From NCBI GenBank assembly GCA_964247055.1, contig OZ176051.1:7688001-7752000 (forward strand): DNA of 64,000 bases. Direction: 5' to 3'. Numbering within the stretch: position 1 is the stretch's first letter; each line of letters begins with the position of its first letter. Under the pieces are notes generated by a model. It had not been told where the DNA came from. It saw only the letters and a program-made list of their open reading frames with translations, and did not search any database. Shown here in pieces: positions 39,201 to 49,832 of this stretch. The translations under genes were made by a program, and so were the position numbers. This DNA is from Paragordius varius. Its lineage: Eukaryota > Animalia > Nematomorpha.

Positions 39201-40341
39201 ACATTTTAAAATGTGACTTAATACTAATAATTCTCATTGTAACTTGTTATTTTCCCATAACATTTTTTAAAAAAAACAAAATTAACAAATAAAATATTAA
39301 TGGATAAAAAATAATAGGTTATGCAAAAGTGAATTAACAATTTTATTGATAAATACAAAAAATCTATTTTTTATTCTTACTTTCCGGTCAATACGTCATT
39401 TCTCACTTGAAGGCACAAATAATACCTATATTGGTTTTTTCATAAAAAAATAAATATGTCAAATATATAATTTGTATATTATTTATTTATTTATTCATTT
39501 TTATTAAAATATTTTTAACCTGGTTATATCTTCTTGCAATTGTGATGGTTCAATAGGGTAAAACTTTATTTCGAAAGCGAAAACCCATGGTGCAGCTAAA
39601 AAATTATATTTATTACAAAAATTAAAATATTTTTGAAAACAAAATTAAAAAAATGTGTTGAAATTCAGTAAAAATATTTTATGTTTTCGCAAAAAATATT
39701 TACACAACAACGTAAAAATAATGATTTAAAGAGGAAGTATTAATTTTTAATTATAGATCTATTAAAAATTTTGTATCGTGACTGTTTTGTATTCCCATAT
39801 TAATTTTTAAATGTAAATGAAATTAATTAAATCAATCTCATAAAAATCAATGAATCAATCAAACAAAGAATTTACATATACTAATTACAATGCAATCAAA
39901 TATAAATAGGTAAAGCAATTAATATTTAATGTTCATTATATAAAATTAAGCAATCAAAAAGTTCATTTGCTAATAACTGTATTACACAACAATAAATGTA
40001 ACATTAAAATTATATTTGTTATTAACAGAATTATAAATAGTGCTAAATATATTATATAAATAACAAAATAATACGTTTTATCTGCTTGCGAATTTTTTTG
40101 TCGGGATTCAGCCAATACTAAGAAAAATAAAAAATATTTATCATACTTTTATTTTAATTTCAGCAGGGTCTCGAAATGATATCCCAAAATAGTCTTTTTC
40201 TAATAAGTTTAGGTGGTCACATACAAGATCAAACAAATCTTTTCCTTTGGCATTAGTCTAATATATCAATAAATTGCATACTGATATTTCAGGTGAATAT
40301 TCTGTCCCATCCAAAATATAAATATGAGCTTTTGTACTCAT
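30259..40341 (-). CDS. cora: Protein 4.1/coracle (EPB41 family): FERM + FERM-adjacent + 4.1 C-terminal domain
   Basis: Exons (minus): 40341-40282, 40257-40147, 40117-40075, 39595-39520, 39425-39381, 38579-38400, 37913-37826, 37673-37521, 37437-37227, [optional 36933-36855, 36825-36724], 36210-36085, 35788-35558, 35019-34861, 34627-34499, 34236-33742, 33541-33218, 32175-31948, 31447-30825, 30719-30630, 30351-30259. Motifs: [116 protein letters not shown], and CTD ..LDHDE|[23 protein letters not shown]. Confidence 0.95.
32340..33087. mobile_element. Old hAT-like MITE in a coracle intron
   Basis: Ends (t)agggcttt..aaagccctg, clustered subterminal aaccg/cggtt motifs at both ends, and imperfect 8-bp flanks gattattt/gtatattt. 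Confidence 0.55.
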
Positions 40342-41353
40342 AACCAGGTAAACATAGGTAAGATGTATATAAATTATCACTAGGTATCATATAAACATAT
40401 AATTTATTGAACGGCAAAAATATTATTTTTTTAATAAATATAATTAAATCAATTTTATAAAGGTGTAAAAATTATTGGATATTTTAAAAAAATTTATTTA
40501 TAATACTGCATTATATACTGATAAGATGTATATAATCTGATAGATAAATATATAAGAATCTGATGTTGCTCTTATTGTTTGCCCTTACGAGTTCATTTTT
40601 GTGGTGGTGAAAATAATATCAAAAAATATCTGCTGCCCATATTTTGCTAAAAATTTTGATTAAAGCTAAATGGGTTATTTTAAAAATATCATTTAAAATA
40701 TATTTTTTTGACAGGAAAATGGATTAATTATCATGCTAATTTAAATTTTGGCCTTGATTCCAGAAAGCTATTTTTACTTTTTGGTATTTTATATCGGAGG
40801 AACATTTATACACATGTTGTTAAATGATTTTTTTGGAGATATCCAAATGTTTCCTTTCGAGGAATATATTTGAAATATATAAAACGTCTAAAAAGCATAT
40901 TTTTTAAAGATTTTTGATAGGGCTACAAATATATTAAACTTTTGAACCATAAGAAATGGAGCTCTTTAAAAAGAATCGGAAAGGCTCGGATTGCGGAATC
41001 AGTAATTAATAGAATATAGTTTATGAATAAAAATTTAAAAAATGCATACCTTATCTTAAATTTTTTAGCTTTGTAGAAGCGTACATCATTCTATTTCACA
41101 GTGTACTCAGAAAATGTATCAGGGCCTCACGAGTGATATAAAAAAGTTATTAACACTTTTATGCTAAGTTCCATATCAAATGGCAAGATTGACCATATAA
41201 TAATTTTTTCATGAAAGCTTAATGCTTCATTCTAAAAAATATCACTAATAGAATTAACTACTTATAAAAGCAAATATCTTTATTTTAATTTTTAGATGTG
41301 GGCTCCAAAACTTCTAAAAGTTTTTGCTCTTCTAAAGCGGGTTAGTTCTTTAA

Positions 41354-41905
41354 CACTTGGATACAACACACTCATTTTAATCCTTCGATTCAAATTGGGG
41401 TAGTGGATACCCCAGGCCTGTTTAAAATCAAATACTTTAAAAAGTATGGAAGGAATCGAAACCATGGCAAAATTTTGCACTTATGTAACATAAATAAACC
41501 TAAATTAAAAAAAAATTTATTCAAAAATATTTGTTATTAAATATTTTAAGCTAAAACCTAAAAGTAAAAATTTCGTCAACGTGACATGTGTTAAATGGTA
41601 AAATTAAAAAATAATAAAAATTAACCGCTTTTTCTATTTCTATTAATGTTAGATGTAATTTATATTAAAATTTAGCTTTAGTTTTACCCTTAAAATTAAA
41701 TGAAGACGATATTTTGCAAAAAATTTTTAAAATAAAAATGACGTCGAAGTAGTTTGAGATGGAACCTTTTTTTCAAAACAAAATTTTATCAAGATGGCAT
41801 ATTTATATAATTTTTATCAGGATAGAAGCATAAATTTAAATTGGGACCGTTTACTTCAGTAAATTTAGTCTGGGGTATTTAGATACCCCAATTTGAATCG
41901 AAGTG
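41354..41905 (+). mobile_element. ~550-bp non-autonomous element with TTAA flanks and CACTT..AAGTG ends (piggyBac-like MITE)
   Basis: TTAA at 41350-41353 and 41906-41909. The ends cacttggatac / rc cacttcgattc are accompanied by the subterminal inverted repeat tcgattcaaattggggta..ccccag. Further copies at ~21190, 63332 and 63802. Confidence 0.7.
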
Positions 41906-43529
41906 TTAAAATGCCGGGATTGCATAAAAAATTTGAATATAAAATAAATTTAAAAAAAAATATTTAAAATGCATACTTCTTACAAAAATTTATAGCAAAA
42001 TATTATAACTTACTTCATTCTTTTTTAGGCACAATGAACACGAGCGTTTTCAATTATTAAAACGTTTTTTCTATATAATTTTATGATGCTGAACATTTCT
42101 ATCACCTGTATTTTGATTAATATTTTCGTTTGCCTTCATAATATAAATTGTGTTTTTATATAAATACACCAAAATTTGAAAGTAAGCAAACCTTTAAATT
42201 AAATTTCAGAAGTAATAGATATGTTAAGCATCATTAAAGTATAAATTTTACAATATCTGAAAGCGTTTATATCTTTTCCATCATGCATGAAAATAATAGA
42301 ACGTACGCTTTGATAAAATTTTGACATTTTTTTCTAAAAACATGCATTTTTTATAAAAAAAATGATGTCAAAATTTAGCATATATTTAATATTTTATTGC
42401 GAACCGGCATTTTTGCGTTTATTTTAAATATCTAGCCCGTTTTAGATAAACAAAAAAATGAGTCTTTCGGAGCCCACATTTAGAAATTAAAATATAAAAC
42501 ATTGCTTTATAAGTAATTTATGATATATTTTAGTGACATTTTTCGGAATGAAGCATTAAGCTATTATCAAAAAAATATCACAAAAATATGGTCATATTTT
42601 GTCATCTGATATGGAGCACTTGGCTCAAAAGTGTAAATAACTTTCTTATTTTGTTCGCAGGGGCAAAACCAAAAACCAATCCTGAAACATATTTCTATCA
42701 GAATATATTCATCAAGATATATTTTCATGACACCGATACACTGTGTTTTGAAGCGCGATATAAACGGTATAAAAACGTCCAAGACAGTGGTTGCACTCAC
42801 CAAAAATTTTAAAGGGCAACAAAAAATTTTGTCCCAAGGGCCGTTCCATATAATACCAATAATTTCATGGCTGTTTGACACAATGGCAGATATATATATA
42901 TATATATATACTCATATTAAGTACACATAAAAATTTAATATAAAATTCAAGGTCATAAGAAAGCACTTTAAGGGCCGCATCCAACCCGTGAGCCGCGGTC
43001 TGAGTACCACACTAAGATATAGTAAAAAACACATTTTCTATTTATTTGATGATGCTGAATATATCACCTCGGGTTATCATTTGCTTTCAAATGTAGATTT
43101 TTTGCAAAAAACAATTTATATTTGGGATAAATGTGAAGACGGACTATTTTTTAAACTAAATCTGTGATAGAAATGTTCAGCATCATTGAATTATATTGTA
43201 GAAGTGGTAATAAAAAGTGTATTTATACCGATATCACCATGAAACAAAATACCATGAAACTCGCTTGGCCAAAATTTTGTTATAAATTTTTTATCCAATT
43301 ATTCGAAATGTCAAATATATTTAATATTTTATAGCGTAATCCCGGACCTTTCGATTTTATTTTAAGAGAATTTGCCCATTTTAAACGGGTCTTAGTTAAA
43401 TTTAACATGGGTTTTTCATAAAATATGTATTTAGAGAAGATGATGAATGTTTATTTTAATTCCGAGGTAATCATGTATAGTTTTACTAATACACCCTAGG
43501 CACAAAATTGATGAAAGAAAATTTCGAGC

Positions 43530-44009
43530 GTGTTATGCGATCGAAATATTGATGTTAGAGTGATAGGTAAGATTTACAGTTCAGTTGTCCAGCCCTCAAT
43601 GATGTATAATTCACAGGCGTGGGATGTCAAAAAATTCGAAGAAAGACATTTAAACGTGACTGAAATGAAAATGCTTAGAATGATGTGTGGGGTAACAAGA
43701 AAGGACAGAATTGAGAATAGATTTATTTGTGGGAGCACAGATATTGAACCAATAGTGGAAAGAATGTCAAAAAATAGGCTACGTTGGTTCGGGCACATTG
43801 AAAGGAGAGATTCTAATTATATTGCAAAAATAATAGATAGTCATATAGTTGAGGGAAAACGAGGACGTGGGCGGCCTAAAACGAAATGGATAGATACAGT
43901 AAAAAGAGAGCTAGCAGAATACGAGCTTATTGCAGAGGACGCCATAAATAGAGTTCTATGGCGAGACAGGTTGTATAACATGACCGCTCTCACGAGTGAA
44001 AACATGTAA
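43530..44009 (+). mobile_element. 5'-truncated non-LTR retrotransposon (RTE-like), C-terminal end of the RT ORF
   Basis: Translation KIYSSVVQPSMMY..W..LNVTEMKMLRMMCGVTRKDRIEN..RLRWFGHIERR..GKRGRGRPKTKWID..R..WR is typical of the post-RT tail of RTE-clade LINEs. It is followed by a (TAA/TGTAA)-like tail. Confidence 0.85.
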
Positions 44010-47000
44010 TGTAATAATATAATGTATATTAGTATCAAGATTCTCACGCTTATTATATTAAATAACATTTTTCTTAATATCATTATATATTGTTAATAAA
44101 TATCAAAATAGTAATTTTCAAAACTTAAGTTTTGAGGTGTGAAAGTTTTGATCTTTTCTAAATCCGGTTAGCATTCTTAATACACGCAAAAATGCCGTAA
44201 TTTTGTGATATTTTATATGGTAGATTGTAATATCAAAAAAGAATAATTTTAAAACACTCATACTTATTTAAGAATTATTTTTTGCAAAATTTCGTTAAGA
44301 ACTTCATGATGTTTTGAGGATTGAAACGTTATAACCCGCTTTAAGATAGAAGAAACCATTTTTGGTATATTTCGATTATTGTGAAAGCTCAGAATATCAA
44401 ATAGAAATTTGCTTGTCTATATTTATATATAAATTATGTTTTTACAAAATTCCTAAAATTTTAAAGCAGGCAAATCTTTTAATTCTGAAGTGATAGGGTT
44501 AAGAAATTTTTATAAGTTAAAGCGCCTATTTACCGTTTCCATGAGGAATAGCAGGAAGTAGGCTTCAACGAATAAAAATTAAATTTTGAAACAAAGTATG
44601 CATGATTTCGGAAAATAATTTAGATGTCATAATCTAACATTTCTCAAAAAAATTATTGGAAATTTTAGCATTTTTGCTTTTATTTAAGAGCTAGCTTATT
44701 TAAAGGGGATAATAAACTTTGGACTTTTAAACCCAAGGAATATAAAAATTTAAATATAATATTGTTTCTTATACAGCTTTTAATGTAAATGATATATTGA
44801 GCATTGGTCTTTCATAGAAATAATTAGCAAAATGTGCGCAAATATGAAAACTTTTCGTTATAGAGCAATACTCAAAAATATCTTTAGAGGACTAACAAGG
44901 CCCAAATCCGAAAATCCTACTGCCCTAATAAATTTTTCGATCAGTAATATTTATTATATATATATATATTTCTTCCAAATATTTGTGCACTCTGTTATAG
45001 TATATAATTTATAGCATAACAAGCTGTATTGAATAATTTTTGATATAAGAACCGGAATTTGGCATTTTGAGCCCGTAAATGGGCGAGTCATAAAATAAAA
45101 CTCAAAGTGCCGAAATGCACAATGATATAAAAAAAATTATTTTCAAACGCATATTTTGCCTCAAAAAGAAATATAATGCGTATTTACGGTTGGGAGCATG
45201 TTAAAACTGAATAGAGACACTTTAAAATATTGAATAGTTTCTAAGTGATTCGTTGCTGTTTGTGCTGAATATTTTTTTCTATAATTTGATGTCTTTAAAA
45301 TTAGGTAATTAAATGTATTTTCCCAAAAAATCAACTTTGAGGCGAAATTAGCTAAAATTACGAATTGATAGAAATCATATTCGTCATCGCATTTTGAAAT
45401 TGTTTAATATTGATAAAATACCTCAAAATACACTTTATCGGCTTTTTTTCCTTTTTTAAAAGTATTTTTTACTTTTAAAAATATATGACACTTCCTTACA
45501 ATAGTTTTATTTACCCAGAGCTTAAAATAGTAGACAAATTACTGTATTGAAAGTTGTTTTGGTATTTAATAAAACCCTGTAGATAATAAAACTTACAATT
45601 TTATAGTTTTTTGACCTTTATAGTCCAGAATGATAGGTTCAAAACATGATAGAAGAAAACAGCCGACATAAATTAATAAATATCAAAAATATGCGATTGT
45701 AAATCTAAAGCTTGCCCAAGATTTATATTTATATTTTTTATCATAATTTTTTGCCTGTTGTTTAAACGATTTAAAAATTTAAAAATGGCGGCTAATGAGA
45801 TGATAATTTTTTTACAATATATATTTTTTTAAAAAACATTTCTATCATCCGCCTAAATGGCTTAAAAGCAGATATTTAATTTGGCCCAAATCTAAAACTA
45901 TATATAATCGAATTTCAAAAATATTAAAACATATTAATCTTAACTAAAGATATGCATACTATGGTCTTTGAAACGCAAAAATGTTGGAATTCAAATAGTT
46001 TTTAAAAAGAAAACCAAAATCAGGTTTGTTCCTGCTCAAATTGACTGGTCGTTAGCTTCTATGTCTTGCTAAAAATGATTTTAATAATTACAATCTACAG
46101 TTTTTTAGAGGGTGAAAGTATTTATTGCAACGAAAGGTGAATGTTTTATTCATATTTTTAAAATAACTTTATTTTTTACGAAATATTTAAAAGGTATTTC
46201 AAAGGTTTCTTTTTATAGCATACTAAAACAGTGAATAAAACAAATTTAAATACTATATAATGCCTAATGTATATTGGATGATTTCTAAACTATAGTTACT
46301 ACCTAAATCAGTGGTACTCCCCAAAAACTTTTAAAGCGCAAAAATTCTATAAATTCGATAAAAATTCCATAGCTCCCTGACTCATTTGTAGATATATATA
46401 ATTGATATGATTTTATCAACATATTAAATAAACTATTCAGGGCCATAAAAAAGCACTTTTATTAAGTGCCCTAAATAATATTAACCAAAAATATTATTTT
46501 ATAACATCACTTTATTAGTGATAAAAACAAAAAATTGTTATAAAATTTACAAAAAAATTGATGTGTGCCCACTAATCTGTTTAATTTTTAAAGCATTTAA
46601 AGACAAAACCATGAATAATTTAAGCTAATAAAATTTTTAAAAAATATATTATAATGTATAACATTCATATCCAATTACTTTTTAAATTTGTAATTGCGTG
46701 CCCCAAAAGTTATGATTATATGTTATTAGCGTGTGAAAACAAGGTAAAGATTTACTTTTTTACGCCTTTATTAATTTTTTTACGCTCCTTAGCTTTGAAA
46801 CCACTGATTTTATGGTTAAAATTATTTAATTAAATTGAAAATGATTGATGTCATCGTTTTATTGTCACGACAAGGGGGCTACAAAATGAAAAAGTTTGTA
46901 AATATTTTTGTTTTGTTAGAATTGTATATAATTTGTTTTCCAAAATATTTTTCTTTTTAATTAATTTTTAATTATTTTGTTATGGTTTAATTAACACATA

Positions 47001-47194
47001 TTATATAAATGAGAACCCCTACTGTTCCAAAATTGATTTTTACCAAAACTAATATTTCTACCTTTGTTAATGAACATTAATTACACTCTACATATATATA
47101 CTAAAAGGGTTTCTAAATATTTGCACTTAATACAAATCTACAAATCTGTACATTATTATATTGCGGAATACATATTATATTGTTTCTTACAATC

Positions 47195-48754
47195 ATGCTT
47201 TCGCTCATGGAATACAAGATGTATTGTAAAAATATGTCACAATCAATTGAATCATTATTTTGTTCAAGTATCCTTACCTTACCATATTATAACAAAATTT
47301 ATATTTGGGTGTGGATGGTAGGTGGCTCTTTCTTATTTGTATTCGGTATCATAGGAAATTTATTTGGAGCATTTATGGCGACAAATTTATTCACCAAAGA
47401 TGAAAGGATACTTATAAAAGACAAGTATGCAAACAATCGCTCTTACACAATCAAAAAAGAGGCTGAGCCGACTCCGACTCAAAAAGTAGTCAATAATGAA
47501 AAAACAACAACCCTTAAAACGGGAGCACTTTTTACAAACAATGAGAATAATGGCCCCGTGGATCCCTTTAGTATTGACGTAAGTGTTGGAACGTTATTTT
47601 CAAAATATAAAAATCGATTTTATGCGAGTCAATATTTATTACGATGGTTTTTTACCGTCAATCTTGTGACTGTTATATTTGTTATACCCGTCTATCTTGT
47701 TGAGGTGCTTGGGGCTCAGAAAGTGTATCATACCAATTTTTACATGCATTGGAGAGCCATACAAAGGCTTTGGGTTAACAGGTATAGCTGGGAAGTATTT
47801 CGTACAAAAATATTTTTTCCAAGTTACAAGCCCTTGATTACGCTAGGATTTCTCATATTCGTTTTATTTTACCTGAATGAATTGATAGCCATTGTAAAGC
47901 CATACCATTACACACAAATAGTTACGAAGGCTAGGCTGAAAAGGATTATATTGTATTGTTTCATATACAGTATATTATGGTATTTACCAACTATCACTTG
48001 GTTAAATTATCATACCATCTCCGTATGCATCGAACCGGCTCAGTTAACGCTAATGGATTTGAAAAGTCGAACACCGCCATGTTCATATAACATATCAACA
48101 AGGGTAATATATTCTCAAGATAGACCATACTACAGTTTATGGATAGCATATCAAATTAGCCGAGAATTATTTACACGTATCCTCCCTTTCTGTGCTATCA
48201 TAGCTATAAAATGTTTTGTTATAAATTTTCGACGAATACAACTGAACAATCTTTTACACGGACCGTTACACCAAATGACTCAGCAGAATTGTTTTATAAA
48301 ATTAACCAAAAAGGTCTATGCTAGATTCTCGACAATTGACGGCCAATCCAAAACTGCGTATCTTCCCAATTCCTCGATTGTCTTAAAAAATAATGAGATC
48401 AGTGCCATGAACACAGTTTCACCTATGTCAAATTCAAGGTCCATTTCTTACGTTATAAATAATCGGTTCGCTTTTGAAGAAAAACAGAATCAAAAGACGA
48501 TACGTGTTTTAACGGTTGAATTTTTGTTGTTATTACTACCAATATCAATCATGCAATTTGGTATGGATTTTTTCATTCCATATTTTGAGGAGAGTAGATT
48601 AGATATGGTCCATAACATATTAAGTGCCATGGAACTAATGTTTATCGCATTAACATTTTATTTCAATTTGATATTCAATGTAAATTATCGTAGATTCGTA
48701 CGACAGCGGATGATACTTTGCCATAATAATTTATCCAAAAAACTAAATAATTAA
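47195..48754 (+). CDS. Intronless, divergent class A (rhodopsin-like) 7TM GPCR, peptide-receptor-like orphan
   Basis: ~519-aa ORF (first ATG at 47195) with seven hydrophobic segments: TM1 FLFVFGIIGNL, TM3 end LNELIAIVKP, TM4 IILYCFIYSILWYLP, TM5 ELFTRILPFCAIIAIK, TM6 KTIRVLTVEFLLLLLP, TM7 LELMFIALTFYFNLIFNVNYRR. Confidence 0.85.
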   Translation: MLSLMEYKMYCKNMSQSIESLFCSSILTLPYYNKIYIWVWMVGGSFLFVFGIIGNLFGAFMATNLFTKDERILIKDKYANNRSYTIKKEAEPTPTQKVVNNEKTTTLKTGALFTNNENNGPVDPFSIDVSVGTLFSKYKNRFYASQYLLRWFFTVNLVTVIFVIPVYLVEVLGAQKVYHTNFYMHWRAIQRLWVNRYSWEVFRTKIFFPSYKPLITLGFLIFVLFYLNELIAIVKPYHYTQIVTKARLKRIILYCFIYSILWYLPTITWLNYHTISVCIEPAQLTLMDLKSRTPPCSYNISTRVIYSQDRPYYSLWIAYQISRELFTRILPFCAIIAIKCFVINFRRIQLNNLLHGPLHQMTQQNCFIKLTKKVYARFSTIDGQSKTAYLPNSSIVLKNNEISAMNTVSPMSNSRSISYVINNRFAFEEKQNQKTIRVLTVEFLLLLLPISIMQFGMDFFIPYFEESRLDMVHNILSAMELMFIALTFYFNLIFNVNYRRFVRQRMILCHNNLSKKLNN

Positions 48755-49832
48755 CATTGTACTTAAATTAATATACTGTATATAATAATAAATATTTTTT
48801 TAAATATTATATAAAAAATAATGTTGATAGATGTTTAGGGTTACATTTATCCGAGCCATCAAAAATATTATAATTGGGTCCTTAGAGGCGAGTTTAATAA
48901 CTTAATGTTATTCCTTAACAATTAAAATTCACCGTTCTTTGTATGATTGGCTAGGAGCGCCTCATATGAGTTTCGCAATAAAAGATGTAAAAACTATTTT
49001 TTGCCTAAGAAGACATAATTTGTGGAGAATAACGCAGCAACCTACAATTATAATCTTTAAATTTAAGATAAATTCTCCATTCATAATCGTGGAAGCGAAA
49101 CTTAAAAAGGCTAAGCCTTATTTTGTAAACAGATATTGGCGTTTTTGGATGTCCAATTATACTCAATATGCTGTTACTACTTAATAACGGGTACCAGCAA
49201 TAAAAATGTTGTAAAATCATTATTCAAAATAGATCCAGGACCGGTATAATTGAATAAAATATCTATGAGCTATAATTATAGGGTAAGGAAGTCATATATC
49301 TAATGGACAAATCGATTTCAATATTTGCATTTCTTCGATTAATATTATGCACAACGAATATATTTAAAAATGCCAATTAAAAAATAAGGATATAAAAATA
49401 AGGAAAGATGGAAGTTGTCCATATGATTTTCTATTTGTTACTGCCGGGCGCCGATAAATACTTATTATTTGCAAACCGCACCGAAGCAAATGACATATAA
49501 TTCAAACCAAAATAGTTTTAATTTTCAAAAATTATATCAATTATTATTTATTAATGCACATGATATATTCGTATATTCTAGTGGATATTAGTGTGTATCA
49601 GATAATATTTGATAATTGCAACTATATTATTACACAATTATATAAAAAACAGTATAAAAAGAGATTATTATATTCAAAAATCTACTGAACTAAAGTGAGA
49701 ATAACACTTTACTTTATACATATCTAAATCATATTGTATGCTTAATAAACCAATAAATATTATATTATCGGTATGTATAAGATAAGACTTTTGAATATCA
49801 TCATTAAAATATAGAAATTATATTTTTGGTTG

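Noticed and set aside
40258-40281. TAG read-through or an alternative genetic code in coracle
   Set aside because: The segment has GT..AG ends, the family alignment leaves no room for 8 extra residues, and the other two micro-introns (29 nt) are not multiples of three. Splicing is the simpler explanation.
42567-42930. Overlapping short ORFs in the 41-43 kb region
   Set aside because: They lie within dispersed non-autonomous repeat sequence and show no recognisable motif or splice context.
41100-43015. Possible ~1.9-kb non-autonomous hAT (cagtgtactcag..ctgagtaccac) with a nested TTAA MITE
   Set aside because: The ends resemble hAT termini also seen at ~1410 and ~46310, but no target-site duplication could be confirmed.
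48939-49220. Short ORFs between the GPCR and DDX19 stop codons
   Set aside because: Non-ATG starts, no motifs; probably 3' UTR or intergenic sequence.
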